Source: Schmidtea nova (Eukaryota). From it: a DNA stretch of 64,000 nt. The notes under the pieces were generated by a model that saw only the letters and a list, made by a program, of their open reading frames with translations, had not been told where the DNA came from and made no database searches. The stretch lies in NCBI GenBank assembly GCA_044892505.1, contig CM097883.1, forward strand, positions 241,490,001-241,554,000. The letters run 5' to 3'. Of the stretch, positions 48,223 to 60,600 are shown piece by piece; the stretch's first letter is position 1; each line of letters starts with the position of its first letter. A program made the translations under genes and the position numbers.

Positions 48223-51200
48223 GATGAAATTGATAAATATTTGATTTTGAATATTTCTAGTATACAAAAATTAATGCCTCATGTCAATATTTACGTGATA
48301 AGTTTTGCAGAAAAGGTTATCATGTTGAGATTGTGATTAAGAAACGTGAACCGTGTCAGTTGAAGATTGTAGCTTTAGTGAAATCGAGTATATTAATAAC
48401 AGTATTTGAAAATAAAGAAAAAGAATATGACTGAAAAAATCTATATATTAAATTCACTTACTTGTATAGCCCAAAAATCTGTGCGCCTCGAAATTAAATA
48501 AATACCGAGTCCAAATAACAACATCGTTAATAATAGCATTTACGAGTGAGTTATTGGAACCACTTCCTATAAGAATGTCAGATACGTTGACATCAGTTGA
48601 GTAGTTCTGAATTCTGTATTGAGAAAGATTGGCCGCTGATGATCCGGTGTCGATATATCCGTTTATGTATATTTCCAACCGAGTAAAGTTGGTGTTTACC
48701 GTGAATCCGTAATTTTGCCATGAATCCAAAAGTACATTTGACGATCTTTGACCAGCAACAATCGACGTTCCATTATATACTATAGAAAAATTTAATGAAA
48801 AATAATATTTAGGAATATTGGTTTCATTTACCTAAAAAGACAAACGTTCCTCTTGAATACATGATTCGTATACTATTGACAATGACAAATAAATCTCCTC
48901 TTCTAGTTCCGCTTGGGATCATTGTCCAAAATGATATTGATAACCCGCTTCTACATGCCGTGAAAATGCAGGGGCATCGATTGATAAATCTTCTTGGCTA
49001 AAAATTGTAATGAAAATATCAAAAATGAATAAGTGAATATTTATTTCGGAAGAGGTCTAAGAGTTTACACGCGGATTGGCTACTGTATATGTTTATTCCA
49101 AAGAACTTTCATTATATTACATACTGACAAGATGTCACATTAAAATAACTCTTACTCTCAAAAGCAGTGATTTTCAGCCGTTTTAGCTTGCCGCACACTA
49201 AATGAATGTTAAAATTTTCGCCGCACATCTGGAAAGACTTAAAAACTTTTATGGCATAAAAGTTTGATATCTATTTATATTGATTTAATGATACGATTGC
49301 ACTTGCTATTAAGAGCAAATAAAATTATAGTGAGGCTCCAATGTCGACAAACAAGCTGACATTTCGTCGTCTATCGGAAGAAGTCTTTATTGTTTTGAAG
49401 TAAACGTTCAAAAATGATATCAGACGAAAATTTCTACTTAAAAATCTGTTAAAATGTTTTGTGTATTTTAAATTTCCCTTAAAAACCCAAGCAATTTAAA
49501 ATATTTTCACAATTTATCCAGCACACAGCGCTAATATGCCGTGGCACACAAATTGAGAATCATTGCTCCAATGTCAACAGAAAAATCGTGTAGAAAGTTC
49601 CATAATAAATAATAAAAATAAAATGAAATCATTTTCCATGATCGACAAAATCTTTAATATGGTTCACCAGTGAATAAATATCAATTTTTCAATTTTTTTT
49701 CTCTTTATGTTTGATCAACAATTAAAATCACTCAAAATTTTGAGTCATATTTTAATTTTTTGATCAATTGTATTTTGAATAAACGAAACAAAAAGAACTT
49801 GAATATATTTCATCATGTTTATTGCTTTTATTAATTTTTATCAAAAATGACACGAATTTTTGAAATATCCATTGTTTAGAAAAGTTACTCTACGAATGCC
49901 AATTTATAATATAATCAGATATTTAAATATGCGCTATAAAAAGTAATTACATATTTACGCAGTAAAACTAAAACTAAAACAAATAACTTTCGAGCTAAAT
50001 TATTTAAAATATCAAATGTCAAACTTTGGATTTTGAAAATCCGACATTTCATACTTATTGATTTAATAAATAATTTGTTTGTGTATAAAAATTTAACAAT
50101 AATAATTTTTTATTGAAGACTTTAGAGAGCGTCAAGTAAGAACATTCCATTTGGAAGAGGATAAATGGTATCGCAAAGGGGGGCATATGTTGACTGGTTG
50201 GTGGTCAAAGTTAATACAATAATAATAAGGACGTACCCAAAAAGTATAATTAACTTTTCTTTTCTTCTCTATTCTCATCATAATTAACTTTTGGTTTCAT
50301 CTTTGATCTCTTTTTTTAATTCAATAACATTCATATTAATTTTTGTAAGACTATAGATCAAAATTTTTATCAAGTGTGTATTTTTTTTAAATATACACTT
50401 GACAAAGGCTATTTCGAAATATCGTGTAGCTAACAATCAAAATATTTTTGATCTATGGTCTTTCAAAATTTAATATGAAAATTATTCTATTTTTATTAAA
50501 TAAAATTTGTTTCATCAAAATAATGTATGTACCAGAGAGGATAAAAAGAAGAGATTTGCACAAGAGGTGGAGTGTAAAACTATTATTTTTATAGAGGACA
50601 TCCTTAATGGAGGCTATTTTACTGTATATAATAGAAAGTTAACTCTGGTTTCCTGGAGGAAAATAACTCAAAATCAATGTATGTGGTTATAAAGACTGAA
50701 TAATTTTCGGTTTATATTATGTAACTGTTGAGGAAAGCAAATTAAAAAGAGTTGTTCTGACTTTATATCAGAAAGAAATAATACAAAATAGACAATTGAA
50801 TTTTTTCTAATTTATTGCCACAAAAAGGCCAGTAAACAAAATCATAAAAAGATCAAAGAAAAAGAAGATTAAAGATTTTTATGATACAAATTTATCAGTT
50901 TAATCTTTATCGTCCATTTCACCAATTAGCGGAGTTTACCGAAAATAAGACCAGCGCTAATATTAAGAAAAATGGGGTTTTTTGAAAAAAATAAAAAACC
51001 CAAAAAAAAGACCGTTCTTATTTTTTACAGTCAATCTTGATTTCGAATGACCAGTTGTATTTACTTCAGTATTTTTTTTCTCCTTTGAAAGAGACTGTTC
51101 TGCTACCCACCATATCGTGGGGTCTTATTTTCGGTAAACTCCAGTATCTATTTTTTATTATAATTTATATTATCTTAATTTTTTTTAACTATGTTTGAAT

Positions 51201-51539
51201 ATTTTGTGTCAAATATAAATTGTTAACTTAGTGTCAAAGAAAAAATTATTTTGAAATTATTTGTATTTAAAATTAAATATTTTACTATAAATAGATTTTC
51301 ATATTGAAGAGTCCACAGGATTTTTCTAGGGGGGGTCAAAATTAAAATTTCTTTATAAAAATGCCATCTGTAGCGCTCTACAAGATAAGTACCCGTTGCA
51401 TTCATAATAGATCTGCCATATATTTTGTTAACATGATAATAATTGATATCAGAAACAAATTTAAATATCTATTTCTTTTGTGAATGATACCAATGTGGGA
51501 GGTTTATTAGGAGACATAGTAGGATTGAATGTGGGTAGG

Positions 51540-51608
<69 letters not shown>

Positions 51609-54600
51609 TCAGTCACTATTACAATCAACACATTTCCTAGTGTATTTTAAGACAAAAACATTCCATTTAAAAAAGGAAACATTAGATATCATTTATCAAT
51701 TTAAATAATTTTATTTCATAATAAGTTTGAATTTCTTTCATGCAAAACGTAACGTTAAAACTACATATCTACGTGGTGCGCCCAATAAGTTGTGAGACTA
51801 ATATAGAAATAATAATAGTAAAAAAATTGATACAGACATATTTAAACTTCAACATATATAGGTAAAGAAAATGTATTTTGTTTTAATAATCCATTATTGT
51901 TTAAGTATATTTTTTGCGAACATTCGAAAAATGCCTCTGGAAACTATTCAATACCGTAGCATTATTCGCTTTCTCTTTCTGAAAGGAAAAAATATAGAAG
52001 AGGTTCTTTCTGAACTGAAAGCTGTTTACCAACAAGAGTGCCCGTCCACAGCAACAATTTATCGATGGTTCAATTACTTTCAGTGGTAGAACCTCCGTGG
52101 TGGACGAAGAAAGATCTGGAAGACTCTCAGAAATTGATGAAAAAATAACGCGAAAGCTGCAGACAATCGTGCAAAACGAGAGAAAAATAACGACGAGAGA
52201 GCTCACAACCCGTCTAAATGTGAGCAAAGGCACTGTGCATACTCTCCTCACTGAAAATGGTATTCGAAAACTATGTTCCCGTTTTGTGCCACGCTTCTTA
52301 ACGGTGGAAATGCGACAACGACGCTTGGAATGCTGCTTAGAAAATCTGCAGATCAAGACCAATGTTGGAGACCGTTTCATTGATAATATCATCACTGTGG
52401 ACGAGACACCGTTGTCCCTTTATGTCCCCGAATCTAAAAGAGAGCCTCAAGAATGGAAACTGCCAGGAGAAAGCAGCTCACTGAAAACGCGGTCCTCAAC
52501 TTGCCACCGAAAGGCTCTCATGCTGACGGTGTTTTGGCATTATTCTGACTGACTTTGCTGAATCCGGCGTGAAGATCAATAGTTCTTACTACTCCAACAT
52601 CGTGCAGCAAGCGAGGAAAGCACGACGCAAGATCCGAGTGTGTGATCTCTATTTTTTACACGATAATGTTCCCATCCACACCATCAGCGTTTCCATGGCC
52701 AAAATTGTTCGTTGCGGGCTCAATTTGCTTCCCCATCCACCATACAGCCTCGATTAGGCTCCCTCCGATTTTTCCTGTTTAACCATCTTAAGAAGCATCT
52801 GTGGGGCCAGGTGTTTGCCAACAAAAATGATTTGAGAGCAGCCGTGGAGAGTTTTCTGGGAGAAAAGCCTCCAGAATTCTTCAAAAACGCCTTCGAAAAC
52901 CTCGTTATTCGCTGGGAAAATTGTGTCAGTGCAAAAGGAAATTTTTTTGAGAAATGATGCCTATTTACCATGCTTGTTCTAAATACAAAGTTTTGTGTTG
53001 ATATCTTAAGTCTTTCTATTTTAGTCTCACGACTTATTGGGTGCACCACGTATACATGTTTTCTTACTTAGAAAAAATTAATTAATAAAATATATAATTA
53101 AATTTATAGTATATGTAATTTTTATAGAAATTATACATACTCCAAAAACTTGAAAAATTACTTTATTTAAATTTATTTTTGAATTGTTTGAAGTTAGTTG
53201 AAATCCCGTTCTTGGATTTGTTACAATGTTTACAAGTTCCGTTGAAATCTTGGTGTTTGACGTTGAATAGTAAGCGTCACTGACAGTATAATAAGGATTT
53301 GCGTCATTTGATGAACCAACCAATTCAATAATATTTTTGGAAAAATCATATTTCTTTATGGGAGCAGACGTAGTTGTTGTCATTATCGTTGGTACGTTAA
53401 CAGGAACCATTTGATAGACTGAAATATTAAATAATCATAAATGTATCTTTTACAAACTGAATACCAATTTGGCTTGTCAAAATTTCTTTAAGTCTAACAG
53501 GCCACATCCACATTGACACATGTCCAACAGATATCTTAGGAGTTGTCTTTGGATAGACATCTCCTGAGAGTTGCTTCCGACATCCAAGAAACACTTTCGT
53601 TGCAACAGGATAGTTTTTGTTATGAATAGCTTTTGTTCCTGATTTCACTACAAACTGATCCCCAATGAGTAGCTATAATTTTTATATTTAAGTGAACATT
53701 TACAAAAAAGTATCTTACCCTTATTTCTCCAGTTGATCTTATCCATGAAAATCCAACAATTAGCCATATGCCTGTATATTTTGTCATGGGCGTTTGAGCA
53801 GTCCACATATTATTTCTTCCCGTTATTATTAATGTTAACTGGCCTAGTTGGAAATAAAACTCAAATCCTTGTGAGCCGTCAAATCCTAAAATTTTTAAAA
53901 ATAGTAAAATTATTTTCTCAGTTCATGATATCAATAATTTTCATAATTGTATAATTATAGATCAAAATTTGATAAAAACACTTGCTTAAGGCTGTACCGA
54001 AATATCGTCTACTTAACAACCTAAAAATCAGAAAAAAATCTTTGATCAATAGTCATATAATTATGAAAATTATCGATATAAATAAAAAGAGATCAAAAGT
54101 CAAACCAAGATATAATTATGTTTGTTCGTGATGTTTATTTTTTAGTGTCTTGCTATTTATATAAAATGGTAAATTAAGATTTTAATTACTTTTCAACAAA
54201 TTTATAAAATATAAATTTAAGTTTGTTTTGTATGGAGAATTTATTGCATACTACTCTAATTAAAAGTTCCTTAGTCATTTCATTTCACATTTTTTTTGTT
54301 AAACCTGTAGCAAAGTGTTCACCTATAATCTATGAATTAAAGATAACGGAATTTGAAATTGAAATAGATAAAAAATAGATCAATAGTAAAAAAGATAAAA
54401 GATTTCTAGTTACGCGGGAACATGACATAGGAATCTGATAATGAAAATAAAGCTTTAAATTTCTATATGATAATAATGATCATTTGGTCAAATATTGGTG
54501 AATAAATGCATTGTATTTGTTTAGATACGAAGAGAAGGTCAAGTTCAAATCTTTTAATTAATGTAAGTTCTTGGTGATGGAAAGAAATGCGACATTGTAT

Positions 54601-57600
54601 TAAATCAAAATAAAGAATGGTTTATACAGTCAGTAACTAACGGAAGTCATTGTAGTGGTCCTTTAAAAAAGTCAACTTAACTGTGTAATTGTTGTAAAAA
54701 TTTGCTATGCCTAAGTGTTATTAGAGCCCTTTCATTAAAATATTTGATGACAAAATTTATAGGTAGATATGGAAAACATGACTAATACGCCATTTATATT
54801 ACATTCGGAAAAACTATTAATCGGCCCAACCCTGGATTTACCCTTAGGATGACACGACTGAGGCCTAGGGCCCAGACTAGCTAAGGCAACTTATTCCGCT
54901 TTATTTTATTGCACGTTTTAATAATACTAGATTTCGCAGAAAAAAAATCTCTTAGAAAATGTTTACAAATTTAATGCTTTCTTTTTTATTTATTAGTTCA
55001 TGTTTAGTACTCATTTAATTTATGTACTCACTTATTTTATATCTGCAATTTGAATAAATGGTACAATTATATTATTTTCACAATTAAACTATTATTTTAA
55101 TTATACAACAACAAGAAACCAATAAAAATTTTCATTTTTCAAAAAAATTGATAAAAGGCTCCCATTAATTTTTCAGCCTAGGGCCTCCTCAAGGGTCCTC
55201 AGTCAAGTCAGTCCTTGACTGAATCGGCTATTAAAATTATATTTCTAAAATATTAAAATATTTTGTTTGAAATATTAATTTGGAAGGGTATTATGTATAT
55301 AAAACGAAAGCCATTGACGTGTGAATATAATAAAAATGAATATTAAAATGCATGAGCTTATAAATTTCTTTTTTTAATATTTTAGAGGACATCTTGTAAA
55401 AACAGAGTTCTTTAATAATATATAGTTTATAGTTCCTAGATCACCGAAGGACTTGGGAAAGATTCCGTTGATTAGCAACCGATTTTCTAAAATTGGTGCT
55501 GACCACATAAAATTCAGTTAAGTTTTTGTTTTTTATTTTGGAAATACTGAGAAATATTTTGGTAAACTTTATGGTCAAATGATTATTTTTATGGGTGAGT
55601 GACTATCTAAAACAATGATTCTAAACCGGTTTATGGCTTGCAGCACAATAAGTGAATCTTAAAATTTTCGTGACACACCTAGAAAGACAATTTTTATGGC
55701 ATATATTTATTTAAATTGTTTTAATGAGAAGGTTGTGTCTGCTTTCGAAAGTAAATCAAACTGTAGTGAAGTTTCAATGTCGACAAACAAGTGCGCATTT
55801 CGTCGGTTCGAAGAAGCCTCTCTTGCTTTTAAGGAAACGATCCAAAAATATATCAAACAAAGATTTTTGTTTAAAAATCCGTTTTAGTGTATTTTAAATT
55901 TTTCTTTCGATTTTAAATATTTTCTAAATTTCTAGCGCACATAGGTTGATAATAACTGGTCTAAACTATTTTTTAATGTGATACTCGATACGATTTCAAA
56001 TGGCATACTAATCTTAATCTTAGTTGACTTACAACAGCACTGTATAAGAAACACGACTATATCCAGATCAAACCAATTTACCTTGTAATAAGGCCCCATA
56101 AATTAAACACTCGGCCACCAGGCCACATCCAATACTACAATTGTGCCACTTTCATCATATGAATAAATACATTTAATATATTACAAACTGTGTACACCGT
56201 GTTTCACTCAATGGGTAACCTATTTATACGTACAATGCACATGTGGGAGACGCGTCCAGGATTATAATTAATCATTGTGTAAAAATATTCTGCATTAGCC
56301 ATTTTAAAATGGCTTTCAGGTAATTTTATTTATTAGGATAACTTTGAAGGCTTTTTTGATCTCATAATGATATGATATAACTGTAAAAGCTTTAATAGAT
56401 TATATTTGCTCTACAATTTTATTTTTAATCACTTTGTAGGAAATTATGACTTTTTAAAAGAAAATTTTGGATTTATTTAAAATCAAAGTAAGTTACAATC
56501 ATTTTTAACTAAAATTTATTCATAAAAAACTGATCTTCGAGTCTTGCTACTACCTTTTCTGTTTTTTTCTAGATGGTCATATTTTTCATATTTAAAAAAT
56601 ATTTTTCTTATCGAATTTTTGATAGCCCAAGTAAACTTTACAAATGAAATGTACTCTTCTTTATTTTCCTTTGCATTTATTATTCTTGCTTTGTCGATAT
56701 CTGAAGTCCTATAAAAATCTAATAACTTTTTAAATATATATTATTTCAACGATTTTCGAACATTTGTTCAGGTATCGAACGAAGTGCAGTTGGTCAACGT
56801 ACCTGGAATATCTAAAAGGCTCAGACCTTAGTAAATAAAAATTAGTGATACCATATTCCAACTTCATTTTTTTCATAATATAAGCATATAGATTATTATA
56901 GGTGGCCCCATTGAGTGAAATACGGTGTATATGAAAAAGTTATATCATCCTTGTGCCTCCAAATAAGTCTCAATACAGTTAGAGTTTCTAAAGGAATTTT
57001 TTGACGGTAAGTATTTAAGTAAAATCATATGGTTTTGGTTTATTAGATGACTGGCTGCTTTAAAAAATGCAACGATATCTTTGACGGTTAACATTTCATT
57101 TTGATTGAAGGGAAGAAAAGTTATTATTAATAATTACCTGAAGCTAGAAACGTGTCTTTGGATATAACTGCGTCATCATTATACTTAAACCACATTGCTG
57201 CTGAAATTCCATATTCGCACTGTTCGATTTCTCCCAAGCACAATTGATTATAAAGATGGTCATCACTAATCGTAAACAATTCTAAACATTGAGGATCTCC
57301 CGAAAGAAGTAAACTTGGTGAATCGCCTTGAAATAAAGGACTGTCAGATAGATTTGGACTTGGTAAAGTTTTCGGAGCAACGGGTACAAAATAATTGACG
57401 GCCAAAAGACTAGAGAAATATTTTGTCAAGTTTGAATCAGTTCCATAACGAATTTTGAGAGCTGTAATAAGGAAATTATCGTTGGAAGCTCGATCAACGA
57501 TTGCTCCATTGTCATAATACCAATGATGACTTGCAGTTGAAGTGTATTTAATATCTAAAATTGTAGCTTTAATAAGGTTAATGTAATTTAGAAAGTATTT

Positions 57601-60600
57601 ATTAACACATTAGTTGCGAAGAAATATGTGGTTAACTCAAAATACTGCCGAATTCAAAAAGCTGATTCTTGTAATTGCCTTGAGTTATAAAAGCGACAAG
57701 ATATAAGTAGCCTCTCAATAATATTCTAGTTTAGATATATATGGTATCTTAGTTTACCCGCTAGGTATATGCGGTCAGAGGCGTAACTATGGTATGGCAG
57801 TCATGGCACGTGCCATAGGCGCAAACTGCATGGGGCGCGAAAAAGCACCTAACGTATAAATACGCAAATGAAAATAAAAAAATATATTTTTATAGATATA
57901 AATATAAAAGAAGAAATTGACTTTGATAATATAATTAAACAATTTGCGTCAGCTAAAGCAAGAAAGATAAATTTGTAATAAAGTGTTAATAGATTTAACT
58001 TGTGTGCTTTTTTTTACCCAATTCTAAAGTAGTTTTTTAGAAAATAAAACGTAAGTAACCTATCGTCGGGGAGGGGCGCAAGATCGGTGTTTGCCATAAG
58101 CGCCATTTACCCTAGGTACGCCACTGTATGCGGTGCTCTTAAAATGATTGACACTAAATGTAATAAAAGTTCAACATGTTTTTTCAGGTCCTAACAACTT
58201 TCAAAATATTTAAGATGAAAATGTGTAATGAACATAAAATGTAATTTGCGAAATAGTTTGCAAATTTGATCTTTTAAAACTAACTTTAATATCTAACTTG
58301 TTTAATTTCATCACTCTCATATCGAAATGTCTACTTTGATAATATCATTTGTTGGGATTGCAAAGAATTGTACAAATAAAATTCAAATGTGAGAAAATTC
58401 AAATGCAAAGTATTGAAACCACAAAATGTAATTAAAAATTTTAAAAAAATAATTAAGTGCAAAATTAATTAAATCGAAAATCAATATTTTCCCGGACGAA
58501 GGTATGAACAGATAGTAAGTAAAAAGTTATAAATGGCAATAAATAAAAATTGATAGGTTCCCTATATATCCCCTTTTCTGGTACACCAATAATTGATTTG
58601 AAGGAAATTCTAGCTAACCTTTTGTTAACTTTGAAAAATTTTCTTCGCTAAACTATCTTTGACCGACTGGAAAGACTAATAAATTCGTATTTTTATAGTG
58701 TTTTTTTGATTAAATTATTGGTCAGCACGTCTCAATCAATCAATCTAAAAAAACCAATTATGTTATCAGGTTCGGATTCCTTTCAACGCTCGGGCTTTTT
58801 AATCTTTCCCGGGGTTTCCTGCAAATTAATTTTGTTAGGGGTAATTACATTAAACGCTGCTCGCCCAGACTTTCTCTAAAACATTCAAGTTCCCTAGTAA
58901 TTTAATAATTTTGTTGGCGAATCGTGTTTTCCATACTGCTCGGGTTTCCCATTAGGTAAATAATTATTTTCTTATTATTTCTTTCTGTGGCCTATTTTTG
59001 ACTTTATATTACCATATTTGAATTTTTCTCATCATTTAGCATCATCCCATACAAGTTTCCCCCGCTAAATTATTATTTTTAAATTTTCCAAATTTTAATT
59101 AATTTTTTTACTTTAATTCTCACTTTTTAAATTTTTATGTTTTCATTGATTTGCACATAGATTTTGTGCTTTTTATTTTATTTCGTTATTGTTGAAACAC
59201 AACCCCAACACACACATAATTAACTAAATAGTTAACGTTAAATATCATTTAATATGTGAATGAATGAAGTATGAGGGCATCGCTCAAGGTTTGGAAAGAT
59301 ATTAATAAATTATCCTTAAAAAGTTGTTGTTTTCTGTAAAGCAGATTACCATTGCAAATTGCTTTAGGCACTGCGGATTCAAAATTTCAGATGACATGCC
59401 CTCAATCACTGTAGATAACATTGAAGAACCGCTCAGGAAGAGCAGTACCAGGAAGATGAATAAATAATAGAAATTCTATATTCCTAATGAGTACAGAAAC
59501 ATATAGGACCGACTTCAACAACTGGGCTCGTCAAAAGCAATGACACATTGGCCAGTTACATCGCAGTCAATAATGATGAAGCCATCTCTGGCATATTAAC
59601 GGAAGAAGAAATAGCAGCAGAGGTCGTACACAAGAAGAAAGGAGCTAATGTCGTCGATGAGAGTGATTGTGAAGACGTTGATGAAAAACTGTCTACCCCA
59701 TCATCCAAAGCAGCGCGTGAAGCTTGTATGACCCTCCGTACTTTTTTGATCTCTTGTTTTGATGCTCACGCCTCTCTAGAAGAATTAACCAATATTGAGA
59801 ATTTTGTAATGAATGTGCAAGTGGATCGACAGCGTCAACTGACGATACCAGAAATGTTTAAGTAATAAATTTTATATAAGAGAGCCTTTGAATATCACTG
59901 CTAATATGAATATTAAATCGTAATCGTATAATTCTAAACTCGGATAATTCGAAGTAAAATTTTGGTCCCCAGCATTTCGAATTAACGAGATTTTACTGTA
60001 TTTGGAAAATAAAAAAATATATTTGCAAATTACAATATTTCATCAATATCATCACTTTAAATAATTAATAAATTATTTACATTTAAAATATTTAAATTTT
60101 AATTTGAAATTAAAATTTATTTTTATTATCTTTGAAAAAGAAAAATATAATTCTCTAAAAATGTGAATATTTCCACGAGTAATTGTAATGTAATATTTTC
60201 CCATTGTTATTGTCATGACCGTATTTCAATAATAAAATTCCAGTCAGAAATTGGTAGTTGACATAGCCTAGCAACAGGTCTGTCATTTTCCAAAAATTCT
60301 ATGTCTAGCTGGTTTTATTAAATAAACAAAACAAACTTTAAAATTAATAATTAAAGATAATAAATATTATTTCCAAAAAAACTAATGTAACAATCTATGC
60401 AGGATATTCATAAAAAAAAAACTTTTACAAAAATTAACTTTTAAATGTATACAGATCAATTATTTGGTAATATAAATTTAGTAAATAAAAAAACAATATA
60501 AAATTTTAAAAATTTCAATTTTAAATATTTTTCACTTCAAGTCCATTTTGTTAGGGTCAATAGAACGAACAGTTCTCAGTAAAACGGTTAAAAACTAAAA

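Noticed and set aside
51223-51460. Candidate extra GPCR exon (..GTYLVERYRWHFYKEILILTPPRKILWTLQ..)
   Set aside because: Weak resemblance to the repeat, lacks the Cys pair, and exon 5 already joins exon 6 in frame to give a complete repeat.
54826-55230. Possible hAT-like MITE (CCTAGGGCC motifs at both ends)
   Set aside because: Ends too degenerate and no TSD.
56040-56170. Short minus-strand segment ending YGALLQG|GTAAAT, reminiscent of TM7
   Set aside because: Phase incompatible with flanking exons and out of domain order; likely coincidence or transposon debris.
60180-60310. Candidate phase-1 exon IEFLENDRPVARLCQLP
   Set aside because: No phase-compatible donor; exons 1 and 2 splice directly.
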